A stretch of DNA of 64,000 bases from positions 6,758,001 to 6,822,000 of the forward strand of contig OX597818.1 of NCBI GenBank assembly GCA_951406725.2, given 5' to 3'. The notes under the pieces are model-generated. The model saw nothing but the letters and a program-made list of their open reading frames with translations. It was not told where the DNA came from and did no database searches. The stretch is from Octopus vulgaris (taxonomy: Eukaryota). The position numbers and the translations under genes were made by a program. This document shows positions 27,450 through 41,302 of this stretch, one piece after another (within the stretch, counting starts at the first letter, position 1; each line of letters starts with the position of its first letter).

Positions 27450-28990
27450 TTTTCAAATATTCTGTATTTGCTGTCTGAGTTTTATCAATATTTCATTCTT
27501 TTTCCAGTATTCTATCATCCTGCACCACGCCTAGTTTCTTGTATCCCTCATTATTTCTCAACAATCTAAAGATATCATCTTGCAACTTTATACTATCAAT
27601 CTTAATCTTTGAACCTCTCCTCCTAATTAAATCTGCACACTTGTCTACCTCAAACTGCAAGCCACCATCCTTGTTATGCCTTCTTACTCTTTGGATTAGA
27701 GAAATCAGCCACTTTTCATGTTTTGTAAACTATTTGCTGTTATTCATATAAACCAGGTGGTTTATTTTTGCCCTCGTTTTGACAAATTCATAGGAAGACC
27801 TGTATTTTCTCAGTATTCTTGTCAAAATGATCAATACAACGATGAGTGTGTGTCATCGGAATATATCTCAGCTAATTTCTATATCTTTTACTGGCTCGTT
27901 TTCGCATTTTATCTTCACTTCCTCTGATAATTTTTCTTTCCCGAACAACCATTAATTTTCTACGTGACTCGGAGTGTCATCAGACATTGAAAAAGTCAAC
28001 AGTCAGGAATGCTATCGTTGTCTTTATTGCAGCTCAATCAGGTAAGTTATTTCCTATTCGTATCTTATTTCATATAATGTTATCAATTTAGAGAATCGTG
28101 GCAACCAAGTAATGGGCCCATAAATACTAACTTACCGTCCCAGTTTTTGTCAGTTAGAAACGATTATATATAGCTGTATATGCTTATGAAGAGATTTTAA
28201 GCTTGAATCCCTGAACATTATCTGGTCCACTGACTTTCCAATTTGGTATTTACTTCCATGTCTGTTTCGCTTTCTCGCCTATAAAATTTATATTCCTTCT
28301 AACCATTTTTTTTTCAACTATTTTCCATTTCACTTTAAATTTCGGTTTCCAGTCTGCTTCCCTGTTATAACCGAAAGTTCTTCGCAGCTTCTCCATATGA
28401 TAGCCCATGCCTTTATGTTTATTCTCACTTTTAGCTGCTAAATTTTTCTTCCTTCTTCTGAGGAGCTTGTTTTAATAATATTATTCCAATATTTGTCAAT
28501 TTATCTGGCTGTATTTGTGTGTGGTAAATGTTATTTCTTTGGTGGGGTTTTCAGTGTCTTTCCTTTCAATAACGTTTTCGTTATTTATTCTTCCAAAATC
28601 TCTATTGAGGACTTCATTTCCACCACGGGCATTTGCCTCATGCTTTTCCTTGGGTTTTAATCCCAAGAATTTCTACAGCAACAGTTGACTTGTAGTAATG
28701 AGGTCATTTACTTATTTTATATTTACAACATAGGCAATTGTTAATAGCACGACCAGCTTCTTTACTTCTAACTCATTTTCTTTCGATTCCTAGACTAGAC
28801 TCTGCTATTTAACGATTAAATTTTTCTGGTTGAAAAGTTTTAGGTCTGTAACTGGGATCGTGTCTTTTTCTTTTCATATTTTATATATCCATTTATCGTA
28901 TTCTATTATACCAGGCTCGCTGCTCTAGTAACTTTCTATCACAATTTTATTGTTCATTTGTGACAGTCTCTGTGTTTTCAAATACTTTTG
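27450..28990 (-). mobile_element. Decayed R4/Dong-like LINE fragments
   Basis: Minus: IPNWKVSGPDNVQGFKLK near 28250-28195 and GLQFEVDKCA near 27665-27633. Confidence 0.55.
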
Positions 28991-29539
28991 TTATATGTAG
29001 TTGTTTTTGGTGGTGATGATGAGGAAGACGACGACGGCGATCATGATGGACATGAGGAGGAGGATTATACTGATGATGATGTTTCACTGAATTTTGCGAA
29101 ACATGTAGTGATCTAGAATGAGGAGTGTTTTATATAAATCTGTTGTTTATTCTGCTCATATGTGATTTTCACTGGCGAATTTCCGAATATTTCTTACTGA
29201 ACCGAGTTAACATGTTTTATGAACTTCACTTTCTCCTAGATCGTTATCATCCCAAGTTGTTCTCATATTTTTCTCTTTGCCCAATAATTCACATCTGTAT
29301 CAAGAACTTAGTATTTTGTTTTCTATCCTTCTTTCGGTTTAATTAGAAAAATTCCACAATTTCATCTTTCTATGGTTTGCATCTTTTTACCTGTAATATA
29401 TTTATAGATTTTTCTCTGTTTACAAAACCAAATGCCTTAACAAAATATTGCTAAAATCTTATGATACATGAAATTTTAATTTTAATTTTTCATTTCGTTA
29501 CAATAGGAGAAATATTCTCATCTAAATAAGAGCATATTC

Positions 29540-30500
29540 TACATTTGGACGCAGAGTCTGTCAATTACATCTTCGAAACTCATTAATCTTCATGCTTCAG
29601 ATTTTTTCCAGTGTGAAAGTTCGAGATGCGAATGAAGATGAACACGTCTGTGCATGGTGAGATGTTTCCTAATATTTTTGCGGATATCTACCGGTTCATA
29701 CGTTCTCCAGATGTATCTATCCCCCCTTTATCCAATCTTTTGTCACCAGTACTTATGTAATATCTTCCACTGCGTGTAGACAGTATTGCTAACTTTGTGA
29801 AGCACGGTCTCTTCTGTAGATTTAAAGATTTTCGCCTACGCGCTCCAGTAGAAGCTTTCACAAGTCGTCGGTAATGTAGTTGGAGACGTGTAAACCTAAG
29901 TGATACCTACTAAATCTATTCACGAAAAACACAATCTCATCCGATGCATCGGAGAGCGAAGCTAGAATAGATATAGTTTTGATGGGATGCAGATCATTTT
30001 CTCAGTATGTGTCTAATGCATTTAGTGTTTTCCTTCACACAATGTTTATGATTGTAATTCAACAATGTTATCGATGTCACATGTCACATAATTTGTTTTA
30101 AATTGCTATTTAGCAGGACACATTAACATCAAAGTGGTCAGGGTACAACAATCTCCAGTCTCTCATATAACCTCAAATGCAATAATGTACATGTCGACGA
30201 TGATATTGCACTAAACAATGAAAACTAGAGACCTGACCTGAGTGGATATTAGAAAAGTGACTAGTTGACAACAATTACTGGAGATTACATGCACTGTGAT
30301 GACTCGGAGAACTCGTTTCTAGTCAACCGATCCTTCCAGGCAACAATACTGCTCCATCGTCTGGTGAGAATAGACATAAAGTGGAATCTAAGGTGTAGGT
30401 ATGAAGAACTCCTTAAAAAGGCACGCCTAAAAGAATTAGCATTGACCCCCACAAAAAGAATGAAAAACGTAACGAGAGGACGACGAGTACGGCTATAAAA
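29540..30500. mobile_element. Very decayed RTE-like LINE fragments
   Basis: DDIAL near 30198-30213 (+) and weak C-terminal RT-like text on the minus strand. Confidence 0.3.
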
Positions 30501-31574
30501 TGAAATGAAATCATTAAAATGTTTTAAATCCGTTCTCAGGAAACTGAATAAATCGAACTGTTGCGAAGAATGTACTATAGAACTAAAATCAAATAAGACA
30601 GGAAAACTAAAGATAAGCAATAGATAAAGTTTTGGTGAGTATATACCAGGACATTATCATTAGTAGAAACAAAAATTTGAAGGTCTAGGAAGACATTTGC
30701 CTTCTCTCCCTCAAACGTTTTAAATTTGTACTTATACAGCCACCACATATTGGTTACTTTGTATTTTTTTAATAATGAATTGAAGGGTGACATGTATTCA
30801 GTGATGGTGAATATATTGTTGCTAAATAGGCAGGACAGATTGTATGATGCCAGTAATATTCGAAATTATCCAAGTGACTTGCAAAACATGAATCACAGTG
30901 TAAATCCATGAGACATCAAGAGAAAAGTATTGACAATTTGAACCCACACTCCCTTAAAACAAATCAAATATTACTCTTTGTAAGATAGAAGAGAATGTTC
31001 TTATTAAAATGTTGTAGGACTGAATCTTGTAGGTTCAAACTGCACTAATCTTCATACCGGTGTGTACATCATCTCAGGTACATAAAATATAGGTCATATT
31101 TGGAGAGCTGAATTCATATTCCTTTCTCAAATTAGGTCTTTAGGCATAACAAATCAAATTCATTATTTCCATATGAGCAAACTTATCTGTAATTCAGTTT
31201 TTTTATCATTTTATTTTTCTGAAATTAAGTCATAACAGCATATTCGCCTCTTTCCCGACCAAATCCTCATTATCAGCATGCTCCATTGATGCATTAATGC
31301 TAGTAATTAGCATCTCATGAAATTCATATTATATTGTAAACATGTTTTCATTCATCAGGGGCGGAGATTTTACAGAATAATTCACAAAGGTTTCTATATC
31401 AGTATTTACTGCTGCAAGTGTTGTAATGTAAAGTTAAGCACTCGGTTAGTAGAGTCTGTAAAGCTGATCCCCTTCACGTTTCATTCATTTATACTAATTC
31501 GGTATTAGCAAATCCCTATAGGAATGAAGAAATGCCACAATATCTCAGTTTTATATGTCATAAGATAATTGATA

Positions 31575-31790
31575 CTTTGTGTCGAGAAGAAAATTTCATA
31601 TTACGGAGAATCATTAGTAAGTTTGGCAACACAGCCCTTCCTCCACATTCAACCTCAGGGGCTGACGTTTACTTTGATCTATTCGGGGTCAGTAAAAAAA
31701 GTACTAGTTGGGCACTCAGGTCGACATAATTGACTTTCTCTCTCTCTCGATATTGCTGGCCTTGTGCGAAAATTGGAATCCAATGTTACA
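31575..31790 (+). mobile_element. Decayed SINE
   Basis: GCTGACGTTTACTTTGATCTATTCGGGGTCAGTAAAAAAAGTACTAGTTG matches the family at 50057-50470 in the opposite orientation. Confidence 0.6.
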
Positions 31791-32008
31791 CAGAGATTAC
31801 CAGCTGGCAAACAGTGTATAATGAACTAAACATTAAATAGCCATCGATTTCCGTAAATTCAAATACCACATGCATTTCCTTTGATTTTGCATTTAATCCA
31901 TCAAGAGTTAGTGTATATGTATATGAATATATACATACATATGCATATAGATGCATACACATGCACACACACACACATACGCACACACACACACACATAT
32001 ATATATAT

Positions 32009-32066
<58 letters not shown>

Positions 32067-33637
32067 AGGGCTACCTTTCCCAGTGTGTTCACTTCTTTAA
32101 GAGGATTGAGTGTGATTTAAGGGATACTTTTTCCCTTATTCAAAAAGCAGTGATGTTCGTCTGGTTGTCAATTGATCGTATACAGTTTCTCTTCTCGGCA
32201 TGATTGATGAGTAACATATATTGAGATGTGCAACTGAACTATATTCAATCGCTACAGTTATTAGCATTGCGATTATTTAAAAGTTGGTATATAAAATAAC
32301 GTATTGTTGCCGAGTAACATATCTAAAGAGGAGACTATTTCTTGACATGCAAAATATTCCAACACTTTTAATTCGTTTGTTAAATTTTAATTCTTTTACA
32401 CCGGCATATATATTTTTCCTAAAGCATTCAATTAATGATATAACGTAGCATTAATGGAAAGCGGCTCATATAATGCTATTGTTTATGCTTCCCTCCTTTA
32501 TGTAGAAGTATGTCAAAATTTATTTTATACTAAATCGTATATCATTCAACGTTGATTCATACATAATACTTACATATGTCAATAAAAGACGTTTGTTATT
32601 TTCCCCTCTTGAGGATTTTAACTCGCCCCTATAAACAAAAACATATTTTAACTTTGCTTCACCTTTTCTCATTGGTAATTATCCAGAGTAAAATTTAATT
32701 TTTGTTATGCAATGTTATTATAATTCACATTGTGATATATAGAAGTATCATAATTTCCTATTTTCTACCAAACGCGATACAGCACTACGGTGGATTTGTA
32801 TGAAAGCACATAATAGAAATGTTTGATTTACATAATGCAGGCGTGTTGAATGAAATCATGGATTAGAAAATATTCTGGCTTAAAATTATGTTTTACACTG
32901 ATCGCTCATAAATGTAACACACGTTTACTTTTTCAGCTCGTCTGCTAATCTTCCATGAAGAGACCAACAACGTAGTCGCTACAAATGTCATCCACATTTC
33001 ACATGTTACTAAATTTAGCAATAATCAAAGATTTGTAGTCCTAGATAGCTAAATCAAAAAATCAAAGATGGCCATGACTGTAATGTTATTCATAATGTGT
33101 CTACCCAGTTGGTTAACTTTGTTCAAATCCTTAAATTTAAAAATTTTCCATTGAAATTAAATATCTTCTGCTACAGACATAGTACCATGTGAGCAAAACT
33201 ATGATAAACAGAATCTAATCTGTGAATATCATACATATTTAGACTGTATTTTTGAATATTAAATTAATATTTGTGTAGTTTTTTAGATTTTTATAATTTT
33301 CACTTTCTTTTAATTATTTTGAAGCTGGTAGGTTGACTGAGAAGTTAAAACCCCTTCACAAATCACAGAATGTTACACAAGTATATACGAGGGTAAATAG
33401 TATACAAAACACAAATATAATAATATTATACAATATAAAAGAATAACTAAAATAAACTAAAGAATAAAATCATCAAAATGAAGAACTATTTATCTAAAAT
33501 TTCAATACCAAATTTATAAAGTGTAAAAATAGACATAAAGATGTGTTACTTTGTGAAAGCCATAAGATACATACTTGATGTAAAAAGAGTTTAAATATTG
33601 TTTTTTTAAATAGGATAAGTCGAGGTATTCTAAACAA

Positions 33638-33730
33638 AAGCAAATTAGATAATAAATAAAGATAAATATACCATTATAAATATAAGCAAATTAGATAATA
33701 AATAAAGATAAAGATACCATTATAAAATAT
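33638..33730 (+). repeat. 46-bp tandem duplication
   Basis: AAGCAAATTAGATAATAAATAAAGATAAA(T/G)ATACCATTATAAA occurs twice. Confidence 0.85.
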
Positions 33731-35568
33731 TTGTAAGATGTAATACTGCAAGCACTGGTGTATATAGAATCTTATAGTTCCTAGGGGGTGTAGAGTAGCA
33801 TTAAGGGAGGCGTGAGATCTAGTAATTCATTGTAAATATACCTATCATGACTGATAGGGAAGAAAGTCTTAGAGCTGAATGAAAAACAGTGCAATAAATG
33901 TAGAGGATGAATGCAGACTATACTGGTAAGGTTTAAAAGAGGGCAATATTATATACAATATATAATTTTCTACACGCGACGGTGCGTTATGAAAGATATG
34001 ACACCCCAGGTAATTTCTACCATCAAATCATAGTATGATAATATATGATAATACCTGGACATCCTTGTTAATTATTTTTAATAGAAACCGAAGTTTGATT
34101 ACAAAATGTAGGAAACAAAAGTCTAACAATTTTATTACATACTTTATCTACTGACACGCTGTCAAGTCAGGGATCAAACATCGCATTATATGATTCAGTA
34201 GGGGTGATGAGAAACGCATGTTTTGTGTCAACGGCTGAAGGTGGCAAAAGCATTTATTGTTTTGAATTCATGCAATATTCCGGATATAGTGAATGGTTCC
34301 AAAACAGAGAAAATAAAATTTCGAAATTGATATTTGCAACTATGAGAATAGAGTACATCCCTTATTTGGAGCTATTTCTGAAATGGATCGGAAAAAAGAA
34401 ACGTTAAAAAAATAAACAAACAAGGTAGGCTGGTAGAACGACATGTTAGCCTATGTTGTGTCTTTCGGCACTGGAACTAGAATCACTCTAGATTTTAAAA
34501 TCGGAGAAACATTGCGCGAAACAAAATTTAAAACTAAAGTAAGAGAACAAGAATTCTGATCTTTTTATACTAATTAGTAAGTCATACCCACTTAAGAAGC
34601 CACTATCGAAAGACTCAGTTGACTTATATTTTTAACTAATATAGTCCCCTACATGTCTAAATTAAATTCTAAAATAGCACTTTATTTAGATCATTTTTTG
34701 TGGTTTGAAAAGCACTTAGCAAAATCTCTTTCTATAAAGTGAATATGGAGACACTTTATTTAAATTTTCTTTGGTTATCATCAAATAAAATAATATCTTC
34801 TGAAACCTTCATCACGTTAAACATACTTCTTCGTAGTCAGTAGGGCGTTTCTTAGCAATGAGTCTTTATTTTTATGCAGAGGTGAGGATCTCTAGATTTG
34901 CACATTATTTATGACACAGATACTGAGATTCTCTGTCACCATGCACACCAAACTGTTTCTATATTGTGAACTTTTTATAATTGTACGTGCATACTGTGTG
35001 TATTTTCTTATTGTCTGTATATAAATATCCTTACACATACTTGCTATATGTATAAGTGTGCAAGAACACACGAACCCACTATTTCTGGGAATGATTTTGT
35101 GGCATACTCCACGTTTGCTACCTATGAATATAAATAGCATTTCGTGCATGCGCACATTTCTATATATGATAATCTGTATATCTATGTCACTGCTTTTCTG
35201 TATATGTGAATTTGTGTCAATATTTTATCCTGAAGCAATACCTCTGCGTGAAGCTCCATTATCCCCATCACCGAATAACGTTCCACTCTATTCGCATACA
35301 CACAGAAAGAACCACACAAGCTTCAAATTTTAAACAAAAGGAAAATATCTTTCACACTAGACACACTTTCACTTTCTTACTCACCACTCAATTACCTTTA
35401 AGTGAAATGTACCATTATATATCAACATCTTACATTTCCCAGGACTTGTTAATTGCGAAATTAACATTTATAAAAAACATGTCATATAAATCTAGGCCTA
35501 TATCAATTATAAAAATATCACCGTTGTTTAAAATAACATCCACACAGAAACACACACACATATATATG

Positions 35569-35639
<71 letters not shown>

Positions 35640-35734
35640 GGGCTCCTAAATAAAGATGCCGAGTGCTGGGAACACAAAAAGGGGATGAATTTATCGAGAG
35701 TGAAAATCAAAAACGTTTACCGATAACTTTAACA

Positions 35735-35808
35735 ACTCGTACCGCGGTTTCTGCTTCTTTCTAGCAAAACACAGAATATGTTTGCTAAGGCCAGCTTCAT
35801 CAGCGAGT
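35735..35808 (-). ncRNA. Type I hammerhead ribozyme, unit 1
   Basis: Minus: ACUCG-CUGAUGA-AGCU...UAGCAAA/UUUGCUA hairpin...AGCA-GAAAC-CGCG-GUA-CGAGU. Palindromic ACCGCGGU stem III. Confidence 0.85.
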
Positions 35809-36179
35809 CGCCTAAATTTAATCGAGGTCTGAAGCGATGTGGGACTATGTGTTGAACCCGACTACTAGCAGATCTTAACTTTTCAAATCTCTGCGCAGAC
35901 GCAAAATTTACACGGGCATGCCGGGAAGAATTTTACGAATAAATCCATCATGTAGTATGCGAATATAAACAAGAAGGGTAGTAATATTATTTACTACCAG
36001 GTGCCCAGCACAAAAGACGAATTAGTCATAAGACAAAAATATTATTCATATAGAAAAATATTATTCATGTAGTTATACAATTAAGGGCTCCTAAATAAAG
36101 ATGCCGAGTGCTGGGAACACAAAAAGGGGATGAATTTATCGAGAGTGAAAATCAAAAACGTTTACCGATAACTTTAACA

Positions 36180-36253
36180 ACTCGTACCGCGGTTTCTGCT
36201 TCTTTCTAGCAAAACACAGAATATGTTTGCTAAGGCCAGCTTCATCAGCGAGT
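36180..36253 (-). ncRNA. Type I hammerhead ribozyme, unit 2
   Basis: Same sequence as 35735-35808, offset by 445. Confidence 0.85.
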
Positions 36254-36624
36254 CGCCTAAATTTAATCGAGGTCTGCAGCGATGTGGGACTATGTGTTGA
36301 ACCCGACTACTAGCAGATCTTAACTTTTCAAATCTCTGCGCAGACGCAAAATTTACACGGGCATGCCGGGAAGAATTTTACGAATAAATCCATCATGTAG
36401 TATGCGAATATAAACAAGAAGGGTAGTAATATTATTTACTACCAGGTGCCCAGCACAAAAGACGAATTAGTCATAAGACAAAAATATTATTCATATAGAA
36501 AAATATTATTCATGTAGTTATACAATTAAGGGCTCCTAAATAAAGATGCCGAGTGCTGGGAACACAAAAAGGGGATGAATTTATCGAGAGTGAAAATCAA
36601 AAACGTTTACCGATAACTTTAACA

Positions 36625-36698
36625 ACTCGTACCGCGGTTTCTGCTTCTTTCTAGCAAAACACAGAATATGTTTGCTAAGGCCAGCTTCATCAGCGAGT
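36625..36698 (-). ncRNA. Type I hammerhead ribozyme, unit 3
   Basis: Same sequence as 35735-35808, offset by 890. Confidence 0.85.
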
Positions 36699-37482
36699 CG
36701 CCTAAATTTAATCGAGGTCTGCAGCGATGTGGGACTATGTGTTGAACCCGACTACTAGCAGATCTTAACTTTTCAAATCTCTGCGCAGACGCAAAATTTA
36801 CACGGGCATGCCGGGAAGAATTTTACGAATAAATCCATCATGTAGTATGCGAATATAAACAAGAAGGGTAGTAATATTATTTATCTTTATTTAGGAGCCC
36901 TTAATTGTATAACTACATGAATAATATTTTTCTATATGAATAATATTTTTGTCTTATGACTAATTCGTCTTTTGTGCTGGGCACCTGGTAGTAAATAATA
37001 TTACTACCCTTCTTGTTTATATTCGCATACTACATGATGGATTTATTCGTAAAATTCTTCCCGGCATGCCCGTGTAAATTTTGCGTTTGCGCAGAGATTT
37101 GAAAAGTTAAGATCTGCTAGTAGTCGGGTTCAACACATAGTCCCACATCGCTGCAGACCTCGATTAAAGTTATTGGTAAACGTTTTTGATTTTCACTCTC
37201 GATAAATTCATCCCCTTTTTGTGTTCCCAGCACTCGGCATCTTTATTTAGGAGCCCTTAATTGTATAACTACATGAATAATATTTTTCTATATGAATAAT
37301 ATTTTTGTCTTATGACTAATTCGTCTTTTGTGCTGGGCACCTGGTAGTAAATAATATTACTACCCTTCTTGTTTATATATATATATATATATATAATTTA
37401 TTTACCATTGCTTCTAGTATTGCGAAAGGACATTTGGAGAATTCTTTAGTGTAAATTCATTCACGAAAGCTATTTTCTGTTC

Positions 37483-37536
<54 letters not shown>

Positions 37537-37559
37537 TGTATACTTATGTGTCTATGTAT

Positions 37560-38190
37560 ACTGACATCGCTCCTTTACTCATGGGAGAATGAACCTTTAC
37601 AAACGACTTGTAAGGGTTTTTGAACACTTTCATCAGAGATGTCTCAGACACATTCTTAATGTTGTCCGGAATTTAAAAACTCCAGACACACAGGTTCTCA
37701 GGACAGGTGATATTTTGAGTACTGAGGCGATGATGCACAAGTACCTGTTACACTGGACTTAACACCGTATTAGAATGAAGGATAGCAGGATACCTAATCA
37801 GATGTTATATGGGGAAATTGTGAATGGAAAGAGAACCTGGCAGAGGCTGCGATTTAAGGACTGTATCAAGTCCTCATTAATGGCATGTGATATGCAGGAA
37901 ACTAACTGAGAGAGCAATGCCTGTCATCGCCACAGATGGTGGAAGCAGGTTAAGGGTGAGGTCTACACCTTTGACAGAGCACGTATTCTGTATGAAAAAC
38001 TTAAGCGTGCTGCTCGAAAGCGCACTGCTGGTGTAGTGAATTGGCTTGTAATGTTTGTAGTCGTGTATGCTTGTGAAGAGTAGGTCTCATTAGCCACCAA
38101 CGGAGCTGCAAAAAAAATATAAGTTAGTCCTAGAGCGCACAATGTTCCTGAAGACCAGCAATGTCCTTCCTCGGTCAGGAGTGAACGGTC
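37560..38190 (+). mobile_element. RTE (BovB-like) LINE 3' fragment
   Basis: FHQRCLRHIL...RMKDSRIPNQMLYGEIVNGKR...RFKDCIKSSL, with stops and frameshifts. Confidence 0.8.
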
Positions 38191-38205
38191 ATCATATATG
38201 TGAAT

Positions 38206-38245
<40 letters not shown>

Positions 38246-38385
38246 CTGCTCACTTAGCCAGCGGGGTGGCGTCCTTTGAAGGCTAAAACAATGCGAAGCG
38301 CATTGTGACCAGCGATGTGTAGCAACATCTGATAGCCTGGTCGATCACGTTGATCACGGTGATATATATATATATATATATATAT

Positions 38386-38928
38386 AAACAAATTCAAAAT
38401 GCGATAAAATAAAATTAATTATTATCGCTGGTGTTTCTAGCACAGGCCATATATTTTTCATATATAAGTACATTAAAGGCGAAGTATGTACTAGAAACAC
38501 AGAAGCTTGATAAATTTAGTGAAATGAAGATAAAAACTTTTACTAACTCTGTTCATCTTAGACTGCAGTTTCGCCTTTTTCAGCAATAAAAATAATATTT
38601 ATTTACTCAGGTAGGCTCTTCAGTAAGATTCCTGTTATTATGAAGCGCAACTCGATAGACACATGTGCGTCTACTAATTTGCTCTTTCTAACTAATCAGA
38701 TCACTGCGCAGACGCAGAACGAACCCGACAAACTAGGGATTTCTGGTATATAGTCTAACGCTCAAAATTTATCGAGAAATATGTAAATAAATTCAAAATG
38801 CGATAAAATAAAATTAATTATTATCGCTGGTGTTTCTAGCACAGGCCATATATTTTTCATATATAAGTACATTAAAGGCGAAGTATGTACTAGAAACACA
38901 GAAGCTTGATAAATTTAGTGAAATGAAA
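38386..38928 (-). mobile_element. Retrozyme/pLTR-like partial tandem, about 1.35 x 399-bp unit
   Basis: 38391-38528 is repeated at 38790-38927; (TA)n flanks; carries a hammerhead. Confidence 0.85.
38555..38629 (-). ncRNA. Canonical type I hammerhead ribozyme (GUC triplet)
   Basis: Minus: AUCUUA-CUGAAGA-GCCU-[A/U-rich hairpin]-AGGC-GAAAC-UGCA-GUC-UAAGAU. Fully consensus core, 6-bp stem I. Confidence 0.92.
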
Positions 38929-38935
38929 TATAGTG

Positions 38936-38971
<36 letters not shown>

Positions 38972-38974
<3 letters not shown>

Positions 38975-39180
38975 TCTTTTACTTGTTTCAGTTATTTGAC
39001 TGTGGCCTTGCTGGAGCACCTCCTTTAGTCGAAGATATCGACCCTAAGACTTATTTCTTGTAAGCTTAGTACATATTGTATCGGTCTCGTTTGCCGTACC
39101 GCTATGTTTCGGTGACGTGAACACATCATCATCAGTTGTCAAGCAGAGGTGAATACAAACATAGACACACAGATACGCAC
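38972..39180 (-). mobile_element. SINE 3' portion
   Basis: Diverged reverse complement of the 42840-43015 family. Confidence 0.7.
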
Positions 39181-40398
39181 AAATATATATATATATATAT
39201 ATAGATATATATATATATAGTCATTTTCCGTGTATATGAATGTTTGTTTTGTCTGTATGTATATTAGCGTGACCCAGTAACATTCGCCAGTTGGGACAGG
39301 AAAGAATTGCCGTTTCTATGCATTTATAATGATGTTAATTTCTCAGAAATAGCATACGCGTCAGTAACTAGAAACACCCATCCCAATGTTAAATTCTATG
39401 TTATGCTTCATCCAAACAATATAGATATATATGTATGTAAGTGTGTGTGGAGGAGCGTGTATGTATGTATTTCTGTCTGTACGTTAATGCGTATGAATGT
39501 GTGCGTACAGTCTCGCTTTGAACACATATGAATATGCATGCTTGCACATGCCGTTATACTCATATAGAGACATATATGAACACAGACACAACCCACTTAC
39601 ACACATAAATATGCACACATAGATTAACAAACTAGCATAGACTTATGTACGTACCTGCTTACAAGTGTATACAGATGAGTAACCTTGCAGAAAACGTGCC
39701 GTTGAATATTTCCATGACGTGCTGAGCAAAAAAAAAAGTAATAATTCTGTTACTCTATAAAGTGGCATCCGCTTGAAAAATAGCTTCGAATGTACCAAAG
39801 AGTAAAAATGAATAAATAAGTTTATCTTCCCCAAATACGTCTGGTTTTCACAAAGCCAGAAGAGAGACTCTCAAAGGATTTTCGTTTTAACGAATTCCCA
39901 AAATTCTTTTCCATCTAATTGTCTTTCGGTCGATATTTCTTTTACATGAAAACTCTCACAATCGTTTTACTCTTATTCTGCATGCCAAACTCGAATGAAC
40001 ACCTCTTACACACGCACACACTGACAGAGTTGAACAGAGACATATATAGATTCAAAGATGCAGACCCAGATACACTCAAAAACACGAACATCTATACAAA
40101 TTTCTTCTACTTTATTATTACCATTTTACACGGTAATCTATTCATTTTATTTCATTTGTCAAAATAGCTTATTTATCTTCTCTAAAGAAATTCATTTCTA
40201 TTTCACACACTCAATTCTTTCATAGCGTTCCTTTAACCATTTCTTCTAAATCTTCTAAATTTCTCTCATGATAATTGTTTGTTTTTTTTAAAAAAAATTT
40301 TCTCTATTCTCTAAAAATATTTTCTTCATTTTCTTCACTCGAAGCTTTTCTTTCGAGATGCATCTCTCATTATATTTTTACATGTATGAACAGGGAGA

Positions 40399-40434
<36 letters not shown>

Positions 40435-40706
40435 CACACACACACACACACACACACACATCCAGGCACAAATACACGCACAAATACACACGCACACGCA
40501 TAAATACACACACACACCACACAAATATTTATATATACATGTGTGTGTATATAAATTGATTTGTATCGTCGTTTATGCATTTAAACATATATAAGTGTGT
40601 GATTATGCGTGCATATACACATCAGATACATATACATCAGATACACAGGCGCATCTGTTCATATATGTATAAGCGTATATGCCGGTATGAATATTATGTG
40701 TGTTTA

Positions 40707-41256
<550 letters not shown>

Positions 41257-41302
41257 TATATATATATATATATATATATAAAGTAAACGGCAACCAAAAT
41301 CC

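Larger units (their letters stand above)
35634..37378. mobile_element. Retrozyme-like array: 2.8 x 445-bp units followed by an inverted segment
   Basis: Units start at 35634, 36079 and 36524 and are nearly identical; orientation flips at about 36884; (TA)n on both sides; non-coding; one hammerhead per direct unit. Confidence 0.9.

Noticed and set aside
29062-29115. CTGATGA...GAAACATGTA on the plus strand
   Set aside because: CTGATGA falls in a (GAT)n run, stem II does not pair and stem I needs a bulge at the core.
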